Positions 38,070 to 50,690 of a DNA stretch of 64,000 nucleotides are shown piece by piece. The translations under genes and the position numbers were made by a program. Each line of letters begins with the position of its first letter. Position 1 is the first letter of the stretch. The notes below the pieces were generated by a model, which was given only the letters and a program-made list of their open reading frames with translations, was not told the DNA's origin and searched no databases. This stretch comes from Octopus bimaculoides. Taxonomy: Eukaryota. Where the stretch lies: the NCBI RefSeq assembly GCF_001194135.2, contig NC_068981.1, positions 166,707,549 to 166,771,548 of the forward strand, given 5' to 3'.

Positions 38070-38656
38070 ACTTCCACTGCTGCTGGACATTTTTTATCAG
38101 CTACTGATATGCTTGTGCTTTTCAACACTCTATGTCTAGATGAGATGCTTTCTTGAAACAAATACCACAATTTTCTGGCTTATATATCCAAATTAAGTAA
38201 GATATACAGAATGATGTAGATATATGTATGTTTATATATAAATACAATGGCTTCTACACAGTTTCTATCTACCAATTGCACTACATGGCATTGGCTGGCC
38301 CAAGCTGCCATGCAGCGAGATAGAGTTCGAGAACAACAAACCCTATATCCACACAGTTCTGCCTGTATCATCAACAAGCATCATTCATTCATTTTATGGT
38401 TGTTTTTCCATGCTAACTAAAATGACTTGTTGGAATATAAAAATTACCTTTTGATTTTTAAATCATCTCTTACTATTGAAGTTACTAACACCTTAGTAAT
38501 TCTTTCAGCAAATTTCCTAATTAAACTGACCAATATAAATTTTGTGCACTATTAGTAAGAAAATACTTAAATTGAAATCTCAACTGAAACACATATCTTT
38601 CTTTGAATAGTAAAGCACATTGGAATATAATATACATAGTTCTGATAATCTCTTAC

Positions 38657-38724
38657 CTGCATTGCTAAAATCAGTGTACTGCCTGGAGCTTTCTCCCAAG
38701 AATGCACACGGAATATCACATGGC
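38657..38724 (-). CDS. PIGQ: PIGQ exon (HVIFRVHSWEKAPGSTLILAMQ)
   Basis: tttaag acceptor, CAG|GTAAGA donor, phase 1 to 0, matches the GVxFRV...L.MQ segment. Confidence 0.85.
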
Positions 38725-39209
38725 CTTAAAAATAAAATAAAATATCTTTTCAACATAAAACACAGACAATGAAGAAACTAATTGTTGTTAATCAAGACAG
38801 ATAATATCAACAGTAGAAAGAAGCTGTCAATCAAAAAGGATGGTATAGACTATTAGAAATGAATCTAGTATAAACAAAAACAAAACAAAAAAATAATTAG
38901 AACTACTACTTGGAAATCAAATAGTTAACATTGCCATATCACAAAAGACTAAGTTTCAGGATTCTCTTGTGGATTTCGTAGACAGAAATTTGAAAGAAAC
39001 CTGTTTATCTTTAATTCTTTTACTTGTTTCAATCATTTGACTGCGACCATGCTAGAGCACTGCCTTGAGGGGTTTTAGTGGAACACATCAACCCCAGGAC
39101 TTATTTTTTAAGCCTAGTACTTATTCTGTCAGTCTCTTTTGTTGAACCGCTAGTGGATCAGAGCTTACCTAGGGTTGAAGAAAAGCTGAAGTGAATAAAA
39201 ATAACCTAC

Positions 39210-39324
39210 CTGCAACAGATTTTGCTCTTATGAGCCACTGCATCATTGAATAAATAGGTACATTTATAACCCACTCTGTAATTGATGTGATACAAGTATG
39301 GAATAGAAGAATAACCAGATGGAG
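39210..39324 (-). CDS. PIGQ: PIGQ exon (LHLVILLFHTCITSITEWVINVPIYSMMQWLIRAKSVA)
   Basis: ttcttcag acceptor, G|GTAGGT donor, phase 0 to 1. Confidence 0.88.
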
Positions 39325-40012
39325 CTGAAGAATAAAAATTTATGAGACAGACGTAGAGATTTAATAAAACAAAGGATATACATTTTATTTTAGGCATGGC
39401 TGTGTGGTTAAGAAGTTTGCTTCCCAACTTCATGGTTTTAGATTCAATTACACTGTGTAGCCCCTTGGGCAAATGTCTGACAACAGCCCTAAGCCAACCA
39501 AGCCTTGGAAGTGCAGTCAGCTTGCTTGCTTCACTCTTTAGCTTTCAGATTAATCTGTCACATGTAATGCTTATTTGTTCACATTGTTTCGAATTAATCA
39601 TGCATTAACTCACAGCTTTAAGATTTCAATGATAGAATGACATTGTAGGGTAGGTGTGAGAGGCAAGATCTAGCCAGTTTGAACATGCAATAGAGAGAAA
39701 TATTTGGGCCTGATATGGCTGGTTTAAATGTTAAAGGGCTCTTGCCAGAGCAAAGATATATATATATATAATGCATGTGTAAATGAGCTTACATGTAAAA
39801 TGAAGGGGATCCTGTTCATGTGCTTATAATGTGAAGGTTTATTGCCACAGGAGGATTGAGCACAAGCCTTGATGATTACAAAGCAAACTTTTTAACCAAC
39901 TGGCCATGGCTACACTATATTGTGAGAAAGGCACACATACAAACACATGGTTGTCTTGCAAGAGTGAATGATTTCAATGAGAAATAGAAAAGAAAAATAA
40001 GTGCTCACTTAC

Positions 40013-40205
40013 CAGAGTGAAAAGACTGTAATACACCACTGTAGTTGGCAATAAAAACAAAAGTACTGTGAAAAACAGGGTCCCAACAAATAGATGATCA
40101 ATATCATTTGATGCTGTATCTAATCTGTGACGGAGAACATTCCATTTCTTGCCACAAAACAGACGCCAAAGAGATGAAAGAGTGTAGACTTGGAAATAAT
40201 AAAAC
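40013..40205 (-). CDS. PIGQ: PIGQ exon, Gpi1 domain core ([21 protein letters not shown]...[18 protein letters not shown])
   Basis: Near-invariant Gpi1 motif [18 protein letters not shown]; canonical splice sites. Confidence 0.97.
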
Positions 40206-41169
40206 CTGAACCAAAAAAAATTAAATTAGAAATTTCATTAAAATATTAATTTGAAAATTTGAATGTTCATTTATTCATTTAATATCTTACTAGCAAGATT
40301 TTTATGCTGAGATACTATTCTTGTCACCAACCCTCATCTGTTTTACATGTAAAAGTTGTTTTTTCCCCATGAATCTTCAGAAGTGCAGAATAACCAATCA
40401 TAATGTCAACAAGACATATAAACGTCATCACCATTTTGCTCAAATTGTGACAAGCAAAGTATAAACATTTATGCACATTTGCACAAACATACACATGTAT
40501 GTATCGAAACGCTTAGTTTAGAATAGAGGCAGGCAGCTAATGAAGGAAATATTCTCTATGTGGCCTGTTTGTTTTCTGTGCTCTGTTTATGTTCTGTTTT
40601 CATTTTGTCCATATTTTTTTGTGACGTCCTGTACCCAGATATGCATCTATATATACATGTAGATGTAGGTATGTACATACATGTACGTATATATGCATAT
40701 ACTCACATATTATTTGTATTGTGTATGTAAGAAGCCTGTCATGTGTGTGTGTCTGTGTTTGTTCCCCACCACCACTTGACAAATGGTGTTGGTATGTTTA
40801 CATCCCCATAACCTAGCAGTTTGGCAAGAGACCAATAGAATAAGTACCAGGCTAAAAAAAAAAGTACTGAGGTTGATTCATTTGATTAAAAGTTCTTGCT
40901 CAGAAACAGGTGAGGATTAGTGACAAGGAAGGGCATTCTACAGTAGAAAATTTACCTCAATAAACTTCATCCAACCCTGCATGCATGTTAAAATGGATGC
41001 TAATATGATGAGAATGAACCACCTTGCACTTCTCAGGAATTAAATATTTAGTCCAGTGAGAAAGCCAAATTTAGTTTTTTTAACATATTCCAATTAAATG
41101 CTATTGATTATAAAGTAATTAAATTAAAGAGCTAACAGCAATTTCAATCAAAATGAGTATTTGACTTAC

Positions 41170-41326
41170 CGTGAAGCAAAAACATAGAAACAATATATAT
41201 GAAGCGCCATTAAAGATACAATATCTTGGAGAAGGCTAAGTTGCAAAGAGAAACCAAAGATCCCCGAAAACAAAGAGCACTGAAGAAATGTGGCAAGAAT
41301 TGGTTCAAGAATTACTGTCAAATAAG
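41170..41326 (-). CDS. PIGQ: PIGQ exon (YLTVILEP...SLLQDIVSLMALHIYCFYVFAS)
   Basis: HIYCFYV motif; ttttgcag acceptor, CG|GTAAGT donor. Confidence 0.95.
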
Positions 41327-41439
41327 CTGCAAAAAGAATATACCAATAATTAGAATTAAGTAAATATGTAACAAAAGATAAAATATGGTTCAAACATGAA
41401 CCAGAAACTATTTCAAATGTTGGATGATTTGACTGAGGA

Positions 41440-42480
41440 CTGGCGAACCAGATGGCTGCACCAGGCTCCAATCTGATCTAGCTGAGTTTCTACAGCTGGA
41501 TGCCCTTCCTAACGCCAACCACTCCAAGAGTGTAGTGGGTGCTTTTACGTACCACCGGCATGAGGGCTAGTCAGGCGGTACTGGCAATGGCCACACTCAA
41601 ATGGTGTTTTTTACGTGTCACCTGCACAGGAGCCAGTCAGGCAGCACTGGCAACGACCTCGCTAGAATATTTTTTCACGTGCTGGTAACGATCACGCTCA
41701 AATGGTGCTTTTTACGTGCCACCAGCACAGAAGCCAGTCAGCTGCTCTGGCAACGATCACGCTCGGATGGTGCTCTTAGTGCTCCACTAGCATGGATGCC
41801 AGTCATCGAATTTGATTTCGATTTCGATTTCACTTGCCTTAACAGGTCTTCGCAAGCAGAGTTTAGTGTCCAATGAAGGAAAGGCACGCATAAGTGGGCT
41901 GGTTACACCCCTGGCATAGGCTACGGGTTATGGTTTCACTTGGCTTGCCGGGTCTTCTCAAGTACAGCATATTTCCAAAGGTCTCGGTCACTAGTCATTG
42001 CCTAAGTGAGGCCTAATGTTTGAAGGTCGTTCTTCACCACCTCATCCCAGGACTTCCTGGGTCTACCTCTTCCACAGGTTCCCTCAACCGCTAGAGTATG
42101 GCACTTTTTCATACAGCTACCCTCATCCATTCTCGCCACATGCCCATACCATCGCAAACGTCTCTCTTGCACACCACAGCTGATGCTCCTTAGGTCCAAC
42201 TTTTCTCTCGAGGTACTTACACTCTGTCAAGTATGCACATTGACATTACACATCCAGCAGAGCATACCGGCTTCATTCCTTGCAAGCTTACGCATGTCCT
42301 CAGCAGTCACGGACCATGTTTCACTGCCATGTAGCATGGCTGTTCATACACATGCATCATACAGTCTACCTTTTACTCTGAGCAAGAGGCCTTTGTCACC
42401 AGCAGAGGTAAGAGCTCTCTGAACTTTTCCCAGGCTTTTCTTATTCTAGCAGCTACACTTTCAGTGCACCCACCCTGCTA
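41440..42480 (-). mobile_element. 5'-truncated RTE-clade LINE: ORF2 C-terminus plus 3' UTR
   Basis: VQERRLRWYGHVARMDEGSCMKKCHTLAVEGTCGRGRPRKSW; 3' UTR matches 4215-4704. Confidence 0.92.
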
Positions 42481-42497
42481 CTGACTTGGTCACCCAA

Positions 42498-42546
<49 letters not shown>

Positions 42547-43655
42547 AACAAATTTTCATACAAGCAACATAGACTAAAAGTTTCTTATGAAAATACAAAA
42601 TTGCAATATTTTCACCAATTTCAATGTCATGATTAGTGAAACGCAAAACCAGTTAACTATCATAATATTCTATCCTTTAAAATATATAAATCGTGTGCAT
42701 TGTCTTTCTTTTATTATATACCAGCAGAGATGCCTGGCATTGTTTGAGATTAAAATGACATAGTTTGTATATATATTATAGTTATGCTGAAACGTAACTG
42801 TAATATATTTAGTTACAGGATACGGGAAAGTGCAACATTGATATACATATGTATGTGTGAATGTGGGATTATGTGTCCCCTTGTCCTGACATTGTGTGAT
42901 AGTTGTAAACATACAAATGATGTTCATTTTCAATATTCCTTGTAAAACATGTCTAGTTATGCAGAAGTATTATATTGCTTAGAAATAGTGGAGGGTTGAT
43001 GACAGGTTTTGGAAGGCCAGGAAAAAAAATGATGAATGACAAACATTCAGCTGCGAAATCATGAAAAGTTGATTATTTCAACCTATTTTGACTAATGTTT
43101 TCACCCAAGCTGTGTGGTAAAAAGTTGCCACAGTCTGGGCAAGCAGGTCAACAGGAATATCACTTTTTTTTTTTTTTGTAGAGAGAGCAGTTAATAGTTA
43201 AAAAATCAACACTGTTACTCTGAGGAAAATATAACTCCATCCAAGTGCAATCTATGCAGTTTAGGTGGTATTATCATTATGATGTTATGTTATATTAATA
43301 ATAACTAACCAGGCAGCTTGACTGCAATTCCTGGCATGAGAACAGAATAAGGTACTGGCAAGACTGTATGGATAAGAAGTTTACTTCCCAACCATGGTTT
43401 TCAGGTTCAGCCTCACGATTATAGCCTCAGGCCAACCAAAGCCTTGTGGGTGGATTTAGAAGATGGAAACTGAAAGAAGTCCATCATTATATATATATAA
43501 GTGGTTGGCGTTAAGAAGGGCATCCAGCTGTAGAAACTCTGCCAAATTAGATTGGAGCCTGGTGTTGCCACCCGGTTTCACCAGTCCTCAGTCAAATCGT
43601 CCAACCCATGCTAGCATGGAAAGCAGACGTTAAACGACGATGATGATGATGATGA

Positions 43656-43689
<34 letters not shown>

Positions 43690-43695
<6 letters not shown>

Positions 43696-43903
43696 CTTTT
43701 ACTTGTTTCAGTCGTTTGACTGCAGTCATGCTGAAGCACAACCTTTAGTGAAACAAATTGGCCCCAGGATTTATTCTTTGTAAGCCTAGTACTTATTCTA
43801 TAAGTCTCTTTTGCCAAACCACTAAGTTACAGGGATGTAAACACACCAACATCGGTGTCAAGTGATGGTGAGTGGGGACAAACACAGACACATAAATACA
43901 TAA

Positions 43904-43984
<81 letters not shown>

Positions 43985-43986
43985 TA

Positions 43987-44020
<34 letters not shown>

Positions 44021-44180
44021 ACAGGCTTCTTTCAGTTTCCGTCTACCAAATCCACTCACAAGGCAATGGTCAGCCTGGGGCTATAGTAGAAGATACTTGC
44101 TGAAGGTGCCATACAGTGGGACTGAATCCAGAACAATGTGGTTGGGGAGAAAGCTTCTTGCCACACAGCCACTCCTGTGC
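43690..44180 (-). mobile_element. Full-length SINE family 1 with internal (CA)n/(TA)n
   Basis: Head at 44020-44180, tail at 43690-43900. Confidence 0.8.
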
Positions 44181-44184
44181 TTAT

Positions 44185-44221
<37 letters not shown>

Positions 44222-44520
44222 CATTGTGTGAATGAGTGGGTGAGTCTCCTTGTCTTCACATCGTATGATGGTTGTAAATGATTGTCATTTATCATACAAG
44301 CAGTGTCATTCATTTCTAATCTTCTACGAGAACATACCTGGCCATGGAGAAATATTGTTTTACTTGAAAATAGTTGAGGGTTGGTGACAGGAAGAGCATC
44401 CAGCTATAGAAAAACTGCCTTAGTAAACTTTGACCCATGCAAGCATGGAAAATTGGACGTTAAAATGACGATATTTTGCTTCCATCAAAAATGAAACTAA
44501 AAATATACTTTATTACTTAC

Positions 44521-44647
44521 TAGTCCATACATAAATGTTGTACTTGAAAAATGATCCCAAGAACCCATTAAGCTGTGCGTTAAGCTTGAGACCAGCAGGT
44601 GAGCCCATCAACCATTGCAGGATGCTTGACAAACTTATTACAGTGGT
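44521..44647 (-). CDS. PIGQ: PIGQ exon (LQWLMGSPAGLKLNAQLNGFLGSFFKYNIYVW)
   Basis: WLMGxPAGLKLN Gpi1 motif; canonical splice sites, phase 0 to 1. Confidence 0.97.
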
Positions 44648-46178
44648 CTACAAATAAAAAATTCATAGAAGACATTTTAATTCAAATAGACAGAAAATTA
44701 AATATGTAATAATAAATAAAAATTTAAAAAATATGCATGGCTTTGTGGTTTAGTAGCTTGCTTTGCAACATGATTCCAGTTCAATCACAATGAGCAACAA
44801 CTTGGCTAAGTGTCTTTACTGTAGTCTTAGACTTACCTTGTGAGTAATGTTCCCCCTCTAAGCTGTGAACTTGTGCATGTGCACTAGGAAGGGAAAAGAA
44901 TGTATATTTACAGTACTTACAAGCTTTTTAAGATGAAACCAAATTTGTTTAATGGAAGGAATTTGAGTGATGCTTATTTGCACAAATGTGCATGTACTTT
45001 GTAAAGAAAGAAAATTTGCATGCAATGTAGATTTCTGCATTCCTTCATGGCAACAAATTAGAAGGAACATTTGAACTTAGAATTCTGATATAGTAATGCA
45101 GCTTGTTCATTATTTGAGCCAATTAGAAGGTCTTAAGGTGGTTATTTAATTTACAAGAAATATCAGCAATATTTCTTAAACAACACTACCATCTTAAAGG
45201 GTGACATACTAGATAATATTGTCATAGATACACTGTATCAGAATTAAAGATTTGATGATCATAGCTTGACTGATCTTTGATCAGGAGTTTGCTGGAACAG
45301 GCTCAACAATAACCCTAATTATTGGTTTGACAAGATTTAAAACCCTATAGTCTTAGAGGGTGAGAAAGGGAACTTGTGACATATGTTTTCTTTAGCTGAG
45401 TGTGTAAAGCAAAGTAACTTTGCAAGTATCAAAACCACATTGTGAATGTAAGCTCACCAGAAACTTAACTCTTGCACTACAGTGCTCACTAGAAAATAAT
45501 TTGAAATATTAATAAATAATTGATTTCCAAGTGTGTATAATTTAATGTTTAGTTCAAGTAATACACATTTTATGATCAATTCATCAGCATAATTTGGTCT
45601 GGATGGTTTGACAGGAGCTGGCAAGCCACAAGATTGCACCAAGCTCCAATGTTTGCTTTGGCAAAATTTCAATATTTAGAAAGATCATTGTGGTGAGCAC
45701 TGTCATACAAGAGTTAAGTTTCATGTGAGCCAAATCCACAATGAGATTTTTATACTTATTGAAATGATTTCATTTTGCTTAGAAAGTTACGGGAAACTCA
45801 TAAACATTTCAAGTTTCCTTTCTCCTCCCCTAAAAATATAGGGCTTTAAATCTAGTCAAAGCAATAATTAGGATTATTGTTGTTTAGCCCCAGGCAAATC
45901 CTTTTCCAGCAGTTCATTACAAGTTTAAATAACATTTAATAATACTTTCAAATTTTTAGCACAATGCCAGTAATTTTAGGGAATGGGGTGAGTCAATTAC
46001 ATCAACTCTAGTCTTCAACTGTAACTTATTTCACTGACCCCAAAAAGATGAAAAGCAAAGTCAACCTCAGCAAGATTTGAACTCAGAACATAAAGTGCGA
46101 GAAGAAATACAACTAAATATTCCATCTGATATGCTAAAATTCTGCCAGCTCACTGCCTTAAAAATACATTTTTTAGTA

Positions 46179-46228
<50 letters not shown>

Positions 46229-46334
46229 TAGGACTGAAAGCAACAATAGTCATAGAAATAAATTACAAGAGTTACAAGACAGAATTTTCATTTTCTTACA
46301 TAGATAAGTTTTTAAGAGAAAAGTTCTAAGATAC

Positions 46335-46455
46335 CTTTGTCCAGTATAGGATAAGAGAGGCAATATCTTGGGGTGATGTCAGCCAAGACAGTAAAAATAG
46401 ACATAAAATTCCTAATAATGAATCCATAATCTGACGATATCCAAGGTCCAAGTAA
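46335..46455 (-). CDS. PIGQ: PIGQ exon (YLDLGYRQIMDSLLGILCLFLLSWL...WTK)
   Basis: ctaattttcag acceptor, AAG|GTATCT donor, D..LG...LLSWL similarity, phase 2 to 0. Confidence 0.88.
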
Positions 46456-47392
46456 CTGAAAATTAGAAAAAAAAAAAAATGTTAACTATTTCTGTTACTA
46501 CATCCATACAAATTTACGGCCTTGTACTAAAATTAGAAATAACTACTATATATTTCATATTTATAAAAATAATCTACAGTTAATAAAATTATTTTTTTTG
46601 TCACTTGAGAAAGTTTATCAATTTGTAAAGAAGAGCATTGTCAAATGAATCTATTAACTATCCTGGTATACAATACTGGTACTTTAATTTATCAACACAG
46701 AACAGATAAAATGTGAAAATATTTGAAATAAAGGATAAGGCTTAAGACTAGACTTACCATATTTGACAGCTTATAAGATACACTTTTTCCCCCCAAAAGA
46801 TGTTTGAAAAAAATGACACCAAGTATTTTTATGCTAAGTAGGGCTTATATTACATGTTTTAATAACTTTTTTCCTGGCTATGCACTGTTGAAATTGGTTG
46901 CATCTAACATGCCTGTGCATTTTTTATGCTATTAAATACAGTAATCTTTTTTTTTTTTTTACTAGCAAAATTATTATTTCATAGATTATACTAGTAAAAC
47001 AGTAAATTCAACTACTTTCACCAGGCAGATATAAACATAGCTGAATACATGCACTGTTACAATGTAATACAAAAGTAATGTAAAGTAGTGGTATTCAACA
47101 CTGCTCAGTCTTTGTTCCTCATTTCTGAATGACTAGATACATAAGAGAAGTATAAAGTGTTACAATTGTATAAAGTTGGAGACTTAATGCTGGAGGTCAA
47201 CTCTTATAATTGTTGTTGGTGGTGATATCATTATTCACTAGAAATTACAAAACATCATAAAGGTTTGATAAACCTCCAAATGCACTAGATACAGAATTCA
47301 ACAAGAGGATTTTTAAAAAAATATTCAATCATTACAGCATTCAATTTTACAAAATTCATATCATTGAAGTAGAAAGACAAATATCAACAAAC

Positions 47393-47518
47393 CAGAGTTT
47401 TTTCAGAGGTGACTTTGCATCTTTCTTTGTCTGCAATTCAATCTGAGAATGTTTCATTTTCATAACTCGTGCAAATGCAGAAGTAAACAAAACTTTATCA
47501 ATATATTTATTGGCAGTC
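47393..47518 (-). CDS. PIGQ: PIGQ exon (TANKYIDKVLFTSAFARVMKMKH...SPLKKL)
   Basis: tttatag acceptor; weaker GTTTGT donor, but phases 2/2 join the flanking exons in frame. Confidence 0.75.
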
Positions 47519-48077
47519 CTATAAACATAAAAAAAAGGGCAAAATAGAAGTTACAGGACTATATTTTTTGTAGATCAGTTATTTAAATAGAGTAGCATGG
47601 TTTATTCTCAACTGTTAAATCTATCTTTTTGTGCCTCCTTCTAAACTATATTTTGATTAATATATTCAGTGATTGTTCTTCAGATGCCTTATTACATGTA
47701 TGCATGCATGCATGATTTGACCCTTTGCCGGTGGCACATAAACGCACCCTGGGGGCATGCAAAAGCACATGCTGGTAGCATGTAAAAGCACCCATTATAC
47801 TCTCAGAATGGTTGGCGTTAGGAAGGGACATCCAGCTATAGAAAACCATGCCAAATCAGACTGGAGTCTGGTGCAGCCTTCCAGCATCCTAGCCCAGTCA
47901 AACCGTCCAACCCATGCCAGCATAGACAACAGACATTAAATGATGATGATGAGGAGGATATACATGGAAAGGTTTTATATTGAATTATATATGGAAAGGT
48001 CTTATTTCATTTTTACCTGTATTATATCAATCTAACTCAATACATTTGAATCAAAAACAAAAAAGAAAATTACTTAC

Positions 48078-48588
48078 TTAAATACAAACAAGGAACTAAT
48101 GAATTTGATTGGTGATATAAATAATGTAAGAATAATGTCCAGGCAAGAACTTTTTAAACAAGGAGACTTGTGGAAATAACTTGTCATTCTATGATTTTCT
48201 TCCAAATGAGCAATATCCTCAGCATTTTGGCAGACGTCTTGTACAATCTTCACAACTGCAGAAGGAATAGCATCTGATTGACAATATTCACTAACATTTT
48301 TATGTGCAGTGATGTTCTCTTGAATAAAATATGACTTTTGAAGATCATTTGGATCAAAAAGGATACATGTGCAACAAAAGAACCCATTTCTGGAAGAATT
48401 TGTGTAGACTCGGGCACTTAGTGATCTGCGGTCTAACATCTTCAATTCTAACCATCCTGTTTGAAAAAGGTGGTAAAATTTCTCTTGGTCAACTTTTGAA
48501 TTTTCATGAGAATTCCAAACACCAACAACTTTTAATGTTGGTAAACTTTCTTGTTTGTCAGCAACATTACAGCAAAAACTCCAATTAT
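48078..48588 (-). CDS. PIGQ: PIGQ large N-terminal exon (LKVVGVW...GWLELK...CILFDP...)
   Basis: 511-nt open frame between a ttctctag acceptor and a GTAAGT donor; colinear with the PIGQ N-terminal motifs VLGTW / WLRL / IFYD. Confidence 0.85.
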
Positions 48589-48689
48589 CTAGAGAAAACA
48601 AAACAAAAAAAAACATTTTAGCAACAAGCTAAAAAGTACAAGATGTAAATGAACTCTTTACTTATATAAAAATAAAATTTACATTTTCA

Positions 48690-49200
48690 CCAGACAGCGG
48701 GATGCATGGTTGCTCTTAAATACAAAGGCCCTCCGTGGTGAAGAATGTACCCCTCAGCATAGACTAGTTATTAGTGACTTTAGATTCAACGCCAGAAGGA
48801 TGCCAAGAAACAGACCAATCCAGAAAAGAAGGATTTGGAAGCTTAAGAACCCTTCACATGGTCAGAGATTTAGGGACATCCTCGTTGAGAAATTTGATGA
48901 GAGGGAGGAGGAAATGAAGACTTGTAACATTGAGAGCAACTCGAAATTCCTGTGTGACAGCTTACTGAGTGCCACAGACCAAATCTGTGGCTAGTGCAAA
49001 GTCCCTTCCAGACCTAAGGTAATATGGTGGTGGAATAATACTGTAGACAGGGCCATTAGAGCAAAGAAACAGGCCTGGAAAACCTGGAAAAGTGTGGTGG
49101 GGGGGGTAGCAGAAAACTGTATCAGATGGCCAGAAGGGAGGCTAGGAGACAGGTATATATAGCCAAGGGAGAAGCAGAAAAGAAGTGTCTGTCTTACATG
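48690..49200 (+). mobile_element. RTE ORF2 fragment (endonuclease C-terminus and linker)
   Basis: GEECTPQHRLVISDF...RRIWKLK...WWWNNTVDRAIRAKKQAWK; abuts a reversed RTE 3' UTR piece at ~49200-49300. Confidence 0.88.
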
Positions 49201-49944
49201 CGTTCCAGTGACTGTCTCACATGGTTTCTTTACCTGGATGCCCTTCCTAATGCCAACCACTTTATAGTGTGTACCAGATGCTTTTTCATGCACCAGCACT
49301 AATGGGATCATCACGCCAATTGCAAGACTGTGAACTGCGATGAGGAGGGGAAACTTCATGCTTGGAGAATAAAGAGTGGAAAGGAAGAGTAAAGGATGAG
49401 AGAAAAAGGCCGGAAAAAGTAGGTTTCTTACTGAAGGGGAGCTACATGACTACTGGCATTTTACAGGAGAGTGAACATGGTGCTGGAGTCAATAGAATAA
49501 CTTCCAGTCAAACACTGGAGTTAGTTCAATAAACTACACCCTATCCACTAAAATAAAAAGAAAATCATGAACTGTTTTTCACCTATTATATTTATGACTT
49601 GAACATTGATAGTTCTATTTCACTTTGCATGTGTGCATGAATATCTTAACTGGCCAAATTAACTACAAAGTTGTAACCACATTTCAAAACATGATTTTAC
49701 TTTTAAACCTTTACCTAACAAGAACAAAGAAATGCACAAAAAAATAGTAAATTAGGTTACCTTATGGTAATATGTTTTAACCTATGTTAATTCACAATTC
49801 ATGTTATAATTATTACAACAAATCTAGAGGCAACATGCTTAGCATTTTTTTAAATAAAAAATGTATTTAAAAGCAATCAAAATAAGACATGATCAAAATA
49901 ATATTTTAAAAAAACCTTTATCATTGAAGTCTTCTAAACGTATA

Positions 49945-50459
49945 NNNNNNNNNNNNNNNNNNNNNNNNNNNNNNNNNNNNNNNNNNNNNNNNNNNNNNNN
50001 NNNNNNNNNNNNNNNNNNNNNNNNNNNNNNNNNNNNNNNNNNNNNNNNNNNNNNNNNNNNNNNNNNNNNNNNNNNNNNNNNNNNNNNNNNNNNNNNNNNN
50101 NNNNNNNNNNNNNNNNNNNNNNNNNNNNNNNNNNNNNNNNNNNNNNNNNNNNNNNNNNNNNNNNNNNNNNNNNNNNNNNNNNNNNNNNNNNNNNNNNNNN
50201 NNNNNNNNNNNNNNNNNNNNNNNNNNNNNNNNNNNNNNNNNNNNNNNNNNNNNNNNNNNNNNNNNNNNNNNNNNNNNNNNNNNNNNNNNNNNNNNNNNNN
50301 NNNNNNNNNNNNNNNNNNNNNNNNNNNNNNNNNNNNNNNNNNNNNNNNNNNNNNNNNNNNNNNNNNNNNNNNNNNNNNNNNNNNNNNNNNNNNNNNNNNN
50401 NNNNNNNNNNNNNNNNNNNNNNNNNNNNNNNNNNNNNNNNNNNNNNNNNNNNNNNNNNN
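49945..50459. other. Assembly gap (N)
   Basis: Run of N. Confidence 1.
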
Positions 50460-50486
50460 TTTTAGAAGGGTCATCAAAACTCATGT

Positions 50487-50690
50487 CCGGCAAGTTCATC
50501 ATCATCAATTCACTGCAGGGAAAGTTCGCTGTCATCAATTCACCACAGGGGAAGTTCACTGTCATCAATTTACTGTTTTTGGGGGGTTTTTTTTCAATAA
50601 AATAGTTTTTAACTATTAACTGTGATATACTATAGATCTATTTTCTTGGCAAACTTTCCTCATGGTGAATTGATGGCAATGAACTTACTT
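50487..50690. repeat. MITE-like remnant: three 30-bp direct units plus one inverted unit
   Basis: aagttcactgtcatcaattcaccacaggg-type unit x3 (50487-50575); reverse-complement copy at 50649-50688. Confidence 0.7.

Noticed and set aside
38520-38583. Alternative PIGQ terminal exon (LRFQFKYFLTNSAQNLYWSV*)
   Set aside because: 36628-36750 matches the PIGQ C-terminus far better
49861-50619. Long ORFs of 194-416 aa here and at 55719-57123
   Set aside because: Artefacts of N runs translated as X
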